From Nanobdellota archaeon (lineage in GTDB: Archaea; Nanobdellota; Nanobdellia; Woesearchaeales; DATGWN01): a stretch of DNA of 64,000 nucleotides. The notes under the pieces were generated by a model. That model saw only the letters and a program-made list of their open reading frames with translations. It was not told the DNA's origin and ran no database searches. Both the position numbers and the translations under genes were made by a program. The stretch is taken from positions 18 to 64,017 of the forward strand of contig JBNJGI010000001.1 of assembly GCA_051819685.1 (NCBI GenBank). Reading direction: 5' to 3'. Below, in pieces: positions 49,405 through 58,561 of the stretch (positions are counted from its first letter, which is position 1; every line of letters begins with the position of its first letter).

Positions 49405-51490
49405 TTCTGCTGATTATTCTTATGAACTTCCGGATCTTCCTTCAGATCTAAATCCTGAAGAAAATAACGACAAAAAAACAGAAGAGGAACCTGAAAATAA
49501 TAATTCGTCTGATAATCTTGATTTCTCTCCTGAAGATTATAATTTTGATGAAGAAGAAGAACTTATAAGTACATTTGGTAGTGATGATAAAAAGGTAGCT
49601 GAAAAAGGTGCTCTTGACCATGAAATAAACACCTTGAGTTCAAGAAAACAGGAATTAGAAAATAAAGTATCTGAACTTACTGATAAGATATTCAAACTAA
49701 AAAAAGAATATGAAAATAACAAAGGAGTTCTTGATGATGACATAAAGAAAGTAAAAGAACTCATGGATGAATCCTCAAAAGCCAAAGAAGAATATAACCA
49801 AAAAATAAACGACTTATCGAATAATCAGGATAAAGTGGCTTCTGTTCTTGAAGATCTCGAAAAACAAAAAGAAGCCATAAATAAAAAGCTTGAAGAAGCT
49901 GAAGAAAACAGAAAAACATATGAGAATAAGAAAAAAGAGATAGATGATGAAAAAGAAAGTATTAATCATCTCAAAAAATCTTTAGAAGAAAAAGAAAAAA
50001 GGCTTAATGAAAAAGAAAAAGAGATAAATGAGACTGACAACACAACATCATCAAAAAGGTTCGAGATTTCAAAAAAAATACAAGAAATAAAAGATGCCTA
50101 TGAAAAATTAAAAAATAAAGAAAAGGATCTTGAACAACGTGAAAAAAATCTGGCACTTAATGTAAGCAACCTCAAAAAAAATCAAATTGATTTCTCAAGA
50201 CAAAAAGATCAATTCATGAAAAACACCAAAAACATACATGAAAAGCTCAATTACATAAAAACAAAAGAACAAGAAGTTAAAAATATCTTTAATTCAGTAT
50301 CAAGAAAAGAAAAAGACTTGAACCAAAGGGTAAAAAAACTTAAGGAACAAAAGAAAGATCTTGAAAAAAGGGAAAATAAAATATATACAATATCAGGTGA
50401 AATAGAAGGTCATAAAAGGATTCTTAATGATCTGAAAGAAAAAAAGAAAGAAATATCAAAAGAAAATAACTCATTAGAAAAAGAGAATGAAAAATTAAGA
50501 AAAAAGAAAACAGATCTATCCGGTCAGATTATGTCTCTTGAAAATAAATATAATTCATTAAAAAACGATATAAAAGCTTCAAAATTCAGTAATGCTGAAA
50601 CTGAAAAATATCTTGACTCACAAAGAAAAGAACTTGAAAAGTTCAATAAGGAACTATCGCAAAAACAACTTGAATTAAAACAAAAAGAAGTGGATCTAAA
50701 TAAAAATTCAGTATTGGCAGAACAAAAAAGGATAAGAGCTGAAGGTCTTGAGAATCAACTGGAAGAAAGGGAAAAATTTTTAGTCAAACAACAAGAAGAT
50801 ATTAAAAAAGAAGAAGCAAGAATACAATCTTTAGTATCTAAACATACCGGTCTTAAAGAAAAGATAAAAGAACTTGAGATGAGAGAAAGAGATATGAATC
50901 TCAAAATATTAAGCTTCGAAAAAAGAGAAGAAGCTCTTAAGACACTTGAATCAAATCTCAAACAAAGAGAAGAAGAATTGAAGCAAAAAGAAGAAGCAAG
51001 CTCTCCTCTTCAGCTAGAATCTGAAATAACTAAGAAAAAAGAAAAGATATCGTCTCTTGAAAAAGAAAAAGAAGATCTTCAGAATCAATTGAAACAGAAA
51101 GAAGAAGAAATGAATAAAAAACTTCAAGAGAAAGAAAAACAAGTAGAACAAGATGGAGAAGAAACTTCATCTCTTGAAAAAGAAAGGGATGAACTGAAAG
51201 CCAAGAACAAGGAATTGCTTCAGAATAACACTCAATTACAGACAAATATGGATAGTATTAAGACCGAAAGGGATGCATTAAAGACGCAAGTCAAAGATCT
51301 TAACTCTACACTACTTGATGTTGAAAAGAACAAGGTAAAGTTCGTCGATGAAGATCAGGATGTAAAAACAGTTCTTCAAATAACTGATGATCTATTAGAA
51401 AATCTTCCTGAAGATGTATTGAAAGAATTCGTTAAATCAGACAACTATAAGATATTCGAAAAAGTATTCAAAAAATACAACATAGAATGA
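49394..51490 (+). CDS. ~698-aa coiled-coil protein with acidic head and distinct C-terminal domain
   Basis: GGAGGTG RBS before ATG 49394; tail VLQITDDLLENLPEDVLKEFVKSDNYKIFEKV. Confidence 0.8.
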   Translation: MVNNSADYSYELPDLPSDLNPEENNDKKTEEEPENNNSSDNLDFSPEDYNFDEEEELISTFGSDDKKVAEKGALDHEINTLSSRKQELENKVSELTDKIFKLKKEYENNKGVLDDDIKKVKELMDESSKAKEEYNQKINDLSNNQDKVASVLEDLEKQKEAINKKLEEAEENRKTYENKKKEIDDEKESINHLKKSLEEKEKRLNEKEKEINETDNTTSSKRFEISKKIQEIKDAYEKLKNKEKDLEQREKNLALNVSNLKKNQIDFSRQKDQFMKNTKNIHEKLNYIKTKEQEVKNIFNSVSRKEKDLNQRVKKLKEQKKDLEKRENKIYTISGEIEGHKRILNDLKEKKKEISKENNSLEKENEKLRKKKTDLSGQIMSLENKYNSLKNDIKASKFSNAETEKYLDSQRKELEKFNKELSQKQLELKQKEVDLNKNSVLAEQKRIRAEGLENQLEEREKFLVKQQEDIKKEEARIQSLVSKHTGLKEKIKELEMRERDMNLKILSFEKREEALKTLESNLKQREEELKQKEEASSPLQLESEITKKKEKISSLEKEKEDLQNQLKQKEEEMNKKLQEKEKQVEQDGEETSSLEKERDELKAKNKELLQNNTQLQTNMDSIKTERDALKTQVKDLNSTLLDVEKNKVKFVDEDQDVKTVLQITDDLLENLPEDVLKEFVKSDNYKIFEKVFKKYNIE

Positions 51491-51502
51491 TTGAGGTCTA
51501 AA

Positions 51503-52630
51503 ATGGCAAGATATACAGATAAAAAAGTTTTGATAAGAGTAGAATTCAATGTACCTCTTGATAAGAAGGGAAAGATAAAAGACAACAGCAGGATAAAAAG
51601 AGCAATACCTACTATCAAAAAAATATTATCTCAAAAACCTCGACAACTAATTATTATGACACATCTGGGGAGACCTAAAAATAAAGAAACACATCTTAAA
51701 ACAGACATTCTTGCAAAAGAATTAGAAACATTATTGAGACGTAAAGTCTATAAAACTGATTATTGCGGTGAAAATCCTTTACCGACTAAAAACATTATTA
51801 TGTTAGAGAACCTCAGATTCTATGAAGGCGAAAAAAAAGGTTCCAGAAAGTTCGCTAAGCAACTGGCTTCATTAGCTGATATATATGTAAATGAAAGTTT
51901 CGGCACCTGCCATAGGAAAGATTCCAGTATGTATTTAGTACCTCAATATTTCCCTGAAAACAGACGTTTTGCAGGAGAACTCCTTAAGAATGAAATAAAG
52001 AAGCTTGATAAAGTGAATAAATCAAAAAATATAACAGTAATGGTAGGATTTGCCAAAATAAGTGATAAAATAAAAATATTAAGCAAGCTTTTAAAAAAAT
52101 CGGACAAAACTCTAATAGGAGGTCTGGTAGTATTCAGTTTTCTCAAAGCAAAAGGATACAAAGTAGGAAAAGTGGAATGTTCTGAAGAAGATGTTCAGTT
52201 GGCAAAAAAATTGCTAAAAAAACATGCTGATAGGATAATATTACCAACAGATTTTACAGGAAAAAAAGGAAAAAGAAAATATGAATGTTCTCATGATAAT
52301 ATACCTGATGATTTCATCGGTTATGATATAGGTGGAAATTCCATAGAACTCTTCAAAAATACATTGAAAAGTTCAAAATTAGTATTCTGGAATGGCCCTT
52401 TAGGATATTTCGAGAAAAAACCCTTCGACCATGCAACAAACAAAATATCAGAATACCTTGCGAAAAATTCACAAAACATAAAGACTGTTATTGGAGGAGG
52501 TGACACTGCTTCAGCTGTCTATGAATCAGGTTTCGCAAATAAGATGTACCATATATCTACAGGAGGAGGAGCATCTCTTGAATATATAGAAAAAGGAACC
52601 TTGCCAGCACTTAAGTGGCTTAAGGTTTAA
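51503..52630 (+). CDS. pgk: Phosphoglycerate kinase
   Basis: RVEFNVP, THLGRP, LENLRF, WNGPLGYFE, GGGDT, HISTGGGASLE. Confidence 0.93.
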   Translation: MARYTDKKVLIRVEFNVPLDKKGKIKDNSRIKRAIPTIKKILSQKPRQLIIMTHLGRPKNKETHLKTDILAKELETLLRRKVYKTDYCGENPLPTKNIIMLENLRFYEGEKKGSRKFAKQLASLADIYVNESFGTCHRKDSSMYLVPQYFPENRRFAGELLKNEIKKLDKVNKSKNITVMVGFAKISDKIKILSKLLKKSDKTLIGGLVVFSFLKAKGYKVGKVECSEEDVQLAKKLLKKHADRIILPTDFTGKKGKRKYECSHDNIPDDFIGYDIGGNSIELFKNTLKSSKLVFWNGPLGYFEKKPFDHATNKISEYLAKNSQNIKTVIGGGDTASAVYESGFANKMYHISTGGGASLEYIEKGTLPALKWLKV

Positions 52631-52640
52631 AACAATTAAT

Positions 52641-52946
52641 TTATTTCTTTTTAACTAAAAAAATATCGATTGTAGAAACACGAACTTCCTTTCCTTCTTG
52701 GTTTTTAAAAACTTCAGAATCAGTCTTTATTTCTTTTATATCGACCTGATCTTTAAGAAAGTTATTTCTTACAACTTCTGCAACGTCTACTGCACGGGAA
52801 ATAAATTTTCCTCTTGACTTGATAATAACTTCTTCTGCTTCATGGGTAGTGAACTGCATAATAACACCAGTGACATAATTCATAAAAGGCTTGTTACCCA
52901 CAAAAATTCTATTATCTTTTTCGTTGCTTTCTTTTTCTTCCGGCAT
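52641..52946 (-). CDS. albA: DNA/RNA-binding protein Alba
   Basis: IFVGNKPFMNYV, KSRGKFISRAVDVAE, VSTIDI. Confidence 0.95.
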   Translation of the reverse strand: MPEEKESNEKDNRIFVGNKPFMNYVTGVIMQFTTHEAEEVIIKSRGKFISRAVDVAEVVRNNFLKDQVDIKEIKTDSEVFKNQEGKEVRVSTIDIFLVKKK

Positions 52947-52948
52947 TT

Positions 52949-53143
52949 TCAAATCTCTTCTTGTGCTTTCTTAAGTCTTGTAGTATAACCTGCAACTATA
53001 TTTCTCATCTTCTTTGACTTGTAACTCATCAATTCTTTAACTCTCTCTTTATTATCAGAAAAGTTTTCATTGATTTTATCACCTGCAAAGTTCATAAGAT
53101 CTTTTGTTTTCCTTTTTATAAGCTTAGTTTTAATTCTTCCCAT
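52949..53143 (-). CDS. rps17e: 30S ribosomal protein S17e
   Basis: MGRIKTKLIKR, SKKMRNIVAGYTTR. Confidence 0.95.
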   Translation of the reverse strand: MGRIKTKLIKRKTKDLMNFAGDKINENFSDNKERVKELMSYKSKKMRNIVAGYTTRLKKAQEEI

Positions 53144-53145
53144 TT

Positions 53146-53358
53146 TTACTCCTTATGATGTTTTATTGCTGCTAATCGTTCTTTCTTAACTTTGTTTGCT
53201 TCTTCTGTCCATCTAACATTCTGAGGTTTTCTATTAAGCTTAAACATGTTCTTCTCACATTTCCTATCATAAAAATACATGATTTTACCATCAGGCTTAA
53301 TACGCATAATCCCTTTTCCTCTTGGAATTTCTTTTCCTGAAAAACTACATTTAACCAT
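53146..53358 (-). CDS. rpl24e: 50S ribosomal protein L24e
   Basis: CSFSGKEIPRGKG..KCEKN..RKPQNVRWT. Confidence 0.93.
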   Translation of the reverse strand: MVKCSFSGKEIPRGKGIMRIKPDGKIMYFYDRKCEKNMFKLNRKPQNVRWTEEANKVKKERLAAIKHHKE

Positions 53359-53363
53359 TATAA

Positions 53364-53621
53364 TCACCTGCTTCCGGAACTCAAAGGTCTTGCTTCTATT
53401 TCAGTCTCTCTAAGCATAAGCTTATCGCCGACTCTCACTGGGCCTTTAACATTCCTTCTCATAACTTTATTCATATCTCTGCCATCAAGGATCTTTACAA
53501 TAACCTGCATTGCTTCTCCTCTTGTACCTGTTCTTCCGACAAGCTCCTGTATTTCAGCAGGGACAGCCTCGCTAAAGCTTACACCGGATTTCGTTGTATC
53601 TTTGCTTTCTTTTTTAGCCAT
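53364..53621 (-). CDS. rps28e: 30S ribosomal protein S28e
   Basis: [33 protein letters not shown]. Confidence 0.95.
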   Translation of the reverse strand: MAKKESKDTTKSGVSFSEAVPAEIQELVGRTGTRGEAMQVIVKILDGRDMNKVMRRNVKGPVRVGDKLMLRETEIEARPLSSGSR

Positions 53622-53622
53622 C

Positions 53623-53964
53623 TTATTCCTCTTTGAAATCTGCTTTCATCGCTTCAATATCTTTCTTAGCATCTCCTGCATTAACAACAGCAACAGCTAC
53701 TGTACTAACAGGAAGACCTGCTGCAGCTCCCAGCTCTTCTTTCGAAGGAACCTTTACAGTCATAATATCTTTTTCCTTACCTAAAACTGATAAGTGCATT
53801 GTAATTTCAGGAGGATTTGCATCTGCTGCGAAAGCTACAAGGATTGCATTAGCTCTTTCCATCTCCTTAGTAACTTCATTAATACCTTTTTTTACTTTTC
53901 CTGTTGATCTTGCAACCTCTATTGAGGTGAATACTTTTTCTGCTTGTTCTTTTGATAATTCCAT
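53623..53964 (-). CDS. rpl7ae: 50S ribosomal protein L7Ae
   Basis: [32 protein letters not shown]. Confidence 0.95.
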   Translation of the reverse strand: MELSKEQAEKVFTSIEVARSTGKVKKGINEVTKEMERANAILVAFAADANPPEITMHLSVLGKEKDIMTVKVPSKEELGAAAGLPVSTVAVAVVNAGDAKKDIEAMKADFKEE

Positions 53965-53972
53965 TTTATATT

Positions 53973-54066
53973 CTCCTAAAGTAACTTAGAACAAGTTACC
54001 TTCCTTCAGGCTTACGCCATCATAATTCATTAGGTATTACTTGGTAAAAAAACAAGAATTTATAAA
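53973..54066 (-). promoter_or_regulatory. rpl7ae promoter and leader with tandem kink-turns (probable autoregulatory element)
   Basis: TATA box 54059-54066; minus strand ACCU-AAU-GA..UAU-GA-U-GGC-GUAA-GCC-U-GA..GA-AGGU (54035-53998); hairpin GTAACTT/AAGTTAC; AGGAG RBS. Confidence 0.7.
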
Positions 54067-54142
54067 TGTTTACATATGAAATCCTAAAAAAGGATTTTCC
54101 ATTAAAAAATAAAGAAAAACAAGATATACAATATAAACAAAG

Positions 54143-55066
54143 ATGATTTCGACAGATATAATTAGTAACACTACATTAATCATAGGATTTTTAGGACTCT
54201 TTATTGGCACTATTACTGATTTTAAGAAACGTGAAGTGCCTGATTGGCTTAATTTTTTTCTTATATTTTCAGGATTGGGATTAAGTATAATAGGAGCTAT
54301 ATATTATAAAGATATATTCTATATAATAATACCGCTGATATGGCTTTTAGTTGCATATCTTATAAGTGCCATAATGTATTATTCCGGCCAATGGGGTGGC
54401 GGTGATTGCAAAATGATAATGGGTATCGCAACACTATTCGGAATCACCACTTTTGCAATCTCGGATCCAATAAGATATCTTCTGGAAAATTATATAACTC
54501 TTCCTTTCACATATAACATATCCTTTTTTGCAAATTTCATATTCAACAGTTTTGTAATTGGAGCTTTCTATGGAGTTGCATGGATAATATACTATATAAT
54601 AAGCAATTACCGAAAATTCATAGATACTTTGAAGCAAAAACTGAAAACATATAAAAAATTCATATATTTTGTATTGATATTTTTCCTTATAGCTACAATA
54701 TCCATAGCTCTTCTCAATCTATTCAATTGGCATTCATTCTTATTATTATTAATGATACTCCTTTTTCCATTCTTAATTTATTCGGTAAAAAGTGTTGAAG
54801 AATCATGCATGATAAGAGATATGAAAATAAAAGATCTCACAGAAGGAGAATGGATCGCTGAAGATATAGAAATTGACGGAAAAGAAATATGCAAATCAAA
54901 AGAACTTGGTCTCACACCTAAACAATTAAATAAACTGAAAAAACTTGAAAAGAAAGGAAAAATCGAAAAAGTAAAAGTAAAAGTAGGAATACCTTTCGTA
55001 CCGGCTTTCTTCCTCTCATTTATCTTTACTATAATATACGGAAATTTCGTGATATTATTCATATAG
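54143..55066 (+). CDS. Prepilin peptidase (A24, PibD/FlaK-like)
   Basis: ITDFKKREVPD and WGGGDCK aspartate motifs; GIPFVPAF; multipass. Confidence 0.9.
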   Translation: MISTDIISNTTLIIGFLGLFIGTITDFKKREVPDWLNFFLIFSGLGLSIIGAIYYKDIFYIIIPLIWLLVAYLISAIMYYSGQWGGGDCKMIMGIATLFGITTFAISDPIRYLLENYITLPFTYNISFFANFIFNSFVIGAFYGVAWIIYYIISNYRKFIDTLKQKLKTYKKFIYFVLIFFLIATISIALLNLFNWHSFLLLLMILLFPFLIYSVKSVEESCMIRDMKIKDLTEGEWIAEDIEIDGKEICKSKELGLTPKQLNKLKKLEKKGKIEKVKVKVGIPFVPAFFLSFIFTIIYGNFVILFI

Positions 55067-55070
55067 AATA

Positions 55071-56840
55071 TCAAATATAATAATACTTATTTTCAGAAAT
55101 CTGTTTCTGATCCATCTGACTATTCCTTTTATTTGCCTTAGGTCTATTAGTCTCCTCATCTCTCCTAAAAGTTAACTTGATTTCCTTAAGAAAATCATTC
55201 ATACCTTCCTGAAGACTGAAAGGACCTTTTGCTTTCCCTTCCATAGCGGGCTTACCCTCAAACACAAGCATCTTATCAGAAATATAATCAAGGAAAAGAA
55301 GATCGTGATCTATAATGACAGCTGTCTTTCCCCTCAATTCCATAAGATCTCTTATAATTTTTGAAATAACCAGTCTTTGTTCTATATCAAGATAAGCTGA
55401 TGGCTCATCAAGAAGAAAAAGGTCTGCATCCTGACTAAGTGTATAAGCTATACTTACACGCTGCATTTGTCCTCCGGATAACTCATTCAGTGGCTTAAGA
55501 AGTATACTCTCGATACCAAGAGGTTTAATAAGATTGTTCTTATATTTACTTAAAGCCTCTTTAAGATAATTCATCACAAGTTCATCACTATCTGTCTCTA
55601 TATACTGTGGCTTGTATGAAATATTTATATTCTCTTCAATATTCCCCTTATCCACTTTTATCTCATCTGCAAGAATCTTCATAAAAGTAGTCTTACCTAT
55701 ACCATTTTCTCCAAGAACACCAACAATATCCTTTCTATATATCTTACCTTCACCTGATGTAAGATTAAATCTACCAAAATCTTTTTCAAGATTTTCCCAT
55801 GACACAAGAAGCTCATCTTCTTTCTTGACATTGACGACCTTTTCCGGAAACTTAATTCTATAATCCCTGAACCTTATGTTTTCCTGTTGAAGATAACCAT
55901 CAAGATACCTATTGATACCTCTTTTTGAAGCTTTAGGAAGACTAACTATACCATAAGTATTCTCTTGTCCATAAATAAGATGTATGAGATCGGTTATATA
56001 GTCGAGTATAATAAGATCATGTTCTATTACAACAACAGCAATCTCCTCTCCTTTACTATTTTTCTTCCCTGCAAGATTTTTAATAAATTCAGAAACCTTT
56101 AATCTTTGTTTTATATCAAGGAAAGAAGTTGGCTCATCAAAAAAATAAACATTAGCATCCTTCAAAACAGTAGCAGCAATAGCAACCCTTTGCAATTCCC
56201 CTCCGCTTATTACACCTATATTTGAATCAAGAATATTATCGAAACTCAACTCTTCTGACAAATCTTTTATCCTTTTTTCATCATCAGATACTTTCGATAA
56301 AAATTCTTTAACAGAACCCTTGAAAGCTTTAGGTATCTGATCAACTTGCTGTAATTTATAGCTCACTTTTATTTTTCCATCCCTTAACTTCTCAAAATAA
56401 TATTGTGCTTCAGTACCTTTAAAATATTCAATAAGTTTATTCATATAATCATCTGTATTATCCTCTCCCAGATTAGGCTTGAGTATTCCTGAAAGAATAT
56501 TAATAGCCGTAGATTTACCAATACCATTCTTTCCTATAATACCTGTAACTTTGCCAAAAATAGGGATTGGTAATCCGTAAAGATGAAATCCGTTCCTTCC
56601 ATACCTATGTACAGGAGGTTTGTCGAGATCTTCAGGGAGATTAACAATACTTATCGCATCAGGTGCAGCATTATGACATATACCACAACCTATACAAAGC
56701 ATTTCATCTATCTGGAGCTTCCCGTTTTCAAGATAAATACAAGGATCTCCTTTCTTATTAACAGGACAAATATTGATAAGATGCTTTTTTAAGCTCGGAT
56801 CAGTCAGTTTTTCATTATCTACTACAGCGATACGTGTCAT
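55071..56840 (-). CDS. Ribosome recycling ATPase ABCE1 (RLI)
   Basis: MTRIAVVD, CIGCGIC, two ABC domains (GKNGIGKS, GENGIGKT), FRRDEETNRP. Confidence 0.96.
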   Translation of the reverse strand: MTRIAVVDNEKLTDPSLKKHLINICPVNKKGDPCIYLENGKLQIDEMLCIGCGICHNAAPDAISIVNLPEDLDKPPVHRYGRNGFHLYGLPIPIFGKVTGIIGKNGIGKSTAINILSGILKPNLGEDNTDDYMNKLIEYFKGTEAQYYFEKLRDGKIKVSYKLQQVDQIPKAFKGSVKEFLSKVSDDEKRIKDLSEELSFDNILDSNIGVISGGELQRVAIAATVLKDANVYFFDEPTSFLDIKQRLKVSEFIKNLAGKKNSKGEEIAVVVIEHDLIILDYITDLIHLIYGQENTYGIVSLPKASKRGINRYLDGYLQQENIRFRDYRIKFPEKVVNVKKEDELLVSWENLEKDFGRFNLTSGEGKIYRKDIVGVLGENGIGKTTFMKILADEIKVDKGNIEENINISYKPQYIETDSDELVMNYLKEALSKYKNNLIKPLGIESILLKPLNELSGGQMQRVSIAYTLSQDADLFLLDEPSAYLDIEQRLVISKIIRDLMELRGKTAVIIDHDLLFLDYISDKMLVFEGKPAMEGKAKGPFSLQEGMNDFLKEIKLTFRRDEETNRPKANKRNSQMDQKQISENKYYYI

Positions 56841-56880
56841 ATAGCTTGAAGAACTCTCTCATTTAATAAATTTAACTATG

Positions 56881-56995
56881 GGCGATACAATAAAATAAAT
56901 GGAGTTTTGCCTTTTGAGTTTAAATTTGTAAGTTTTAACATTAAAAGTAGGCTACTTAATCATCTTATTAATTGAAGGTATTTCGCATGATTTTT
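56881..56995 (+). mobile_element. Highly degenerate MITE A-related remnant
   Basis: GGCGATACAATAAAATAAATGGAGTTTTGCCTT resembles the A left end; interior resembles the variant at 35708-35750. Confidence 0.45.
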
Positions 56996-57048
56996 TGTTT
57001 CCACTTCACAGTAAAATATATAAATAAGGTTAATCTAGATTTCTTAAA

Positions 57049-58020
57049 ATGAATTTAGAATTAAAACAAGGTGGGAAATTTTCATCCCCTGCACCTTTCT
57101 TTCAAGTTGATAGCCCACAACAATTAAATCAATTGAGGTGTAATCAACGTAATTATTTATTAAATCAACGTAGAAAAGGTGAAGCTTTTACAATAGATCA
57201 ATATGTAGATGCAATGTTAGGTGTGTCTTTAGGTGATTTAATTACTTCAGTTCTAGTAACTCCTATAAGAATTTCACAAAAAGATTTTAATGGATTAACA
57301 GTTTTATTACCTGATGGCATGAAAAAAGAAAGATATGTATTTTCACCTGATGTTCAAGCTATTAAAAGAGAACAGGATGATTATGGACATATTGGAAAAT
57401 CCAATATTGAAAGAACAAGACTTACTGGTAGTTTTTTTGATAGGTTTTTGGCAAAAATATCAACTAATGTTATCCAATTTCCATTTTATAAAGTTGGTAA
57501 AAATGCTTTACAATATAGTTTTAATGTGGCTGAACGTAATTGGAACGGAATAGTTAATAAACTAGATGATGGTAATAATTATGATGTTAAATTAAATGCA
57601 GAAAATTCTGGTTTAGAAGTTAATTTAAAAGTTACAGAAGGAGATATAGACACAGCGAAAATTAAGCAAAAGGCAAAATGTCGCCTTAGTGTTATCTGTC
57701 CTTATGAAATTGATTTTGAATTAGATCTTCCTTTTAGTGGTACTCATAGCGGGTATATTAGTGTAGCAGGGAACGGTTTTAGTTTAGGAGAGAAAGGAAT
57801 TACTTGCATATCTGTTGGTAATTATAGTGGTCCTGCTGCTAATAACTATAAAGCTGTTTGTAGTGAAAGAGCAAAAATTATAAGACAATTAGAAGGTTCA
57901 TATGTTGATTTAGAAGCAACTCTTGGAAATCTTACTCAACCAAAAACTGAACCAGTAAAGTTATATAATTGTGGTGCTGCAATTGATTTAGGACCACTCG
58001 CATTAAGAGATAAAGATTAA
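57049..58020 (+). CDS. Hypothetical protein, 323 aa
   Basis: Long ORF with TATA upstream; no recognisable motif. Confidence 0.7.
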   Translation: MNLELKQGGKFSSPAPFFQVDSPQQLNQLRCNQRNYLLNQRRKGEAFTIDQYVDAMLGVSLGDLITSVLVTPIRISQKDFNGLTVLLPDGMKKERYVFSPDVQAIKREQDDYGHIGKSNIERTRLTGSFFDRFLAKISTNVIQFPFYKVGKNALQYSFNVAERNWNGIVNKLDDGNNYDVKLNAENSGLEVNLKVTEGDIDTAKIKQKAKCRLSVICPYEIDFELDLPFSGTHSGYISVAGNGFSLGEKGITCISVGNYSGPAANNYKAVCSERAKIIRQLEGSYVDLEATLGNLTQPKTEPVKLYNCGAAIDLGPLALRDKD

Positions 58021-58057
58021 TCAGAAAAGTTAATTAAAATAATTAAATCTTTCAATT

Positions 58058-58365
58058 ATGAAAATCATAAAAACAAAGGCAGAACAATATGCAAAAAAGC
58101 AATATAAAAAAATTATTCTTTCCATCAATATTCATATCTAGAAAAAGTTCTACACATAGCTTTACAAATAGCAAAAAAATAAAAAATGCAATGTTAGGTC
58201 ACTCAACAAAATATAGAATCCAATTTAAAGAAAAAAATTCTAAAGAGGGCAAAATATTATATGGTGCAGATAAATAAATATTTCTTACTACAAATGAAAC
58301 AATTGAAAAATACTTACCTTTACTTTATTTTCAAGAAACAAAGGAATTAGTAAGAAAAAACCTCT
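58058..58365 (+). pseudogene. Decayed HD-domain hydrolase
   Basis: Fragments in shifting frames: MKIIKTKAEQYAKK; FHQYSYLEKVLHIALQIAKK*; IKNAMLGH..SKEGKILYGADK*; ..LYFQETKELVRK. Confidence 0.6.
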
Positions 58366-58515
58366 GGAACATACAATAAAATAATTGATGATATTGCCTC
58401 GAATTAATATTTGAATTTGTGGTAAGGAGTAGAATTATTTAAAGGAGCGTAATTCAATCAAGTTCGCTAGGATAAAATATTAGTCCGCAATATCACTCAC
58501 TTTTATGAATGCGCC
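58366..58515 (+). mobile_element. MITE A copy with imperfect 8-bp flanks
   Basis: GGAACATACAATAAAAT..GATATTGCC to GCAATATCACTCACTTTTATGAATGCGCC; flanks AAACCTCT and AAAACTCC. Confidence 0.8.
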
Positions 58516-58561
58516 AAAACTCCGATAAATTTAAATCTATTAAAAAATTACACTTTTTCTT

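Noticed and set aside
44375..51490. SMC/Rad50, or one frameshifted giant gene
   Set aside because: No Walker, hinge or hook motifs; downstream ORFs have their own RBS and distinct heads.
3188..58515. Intergenic repeats as integron attC sites
   Set aside because: No RYYYAAC/GTTRRRY cores, mixed orientations, housekeeping neighbours, no integrase; the 8-bp TSD fits transposition.
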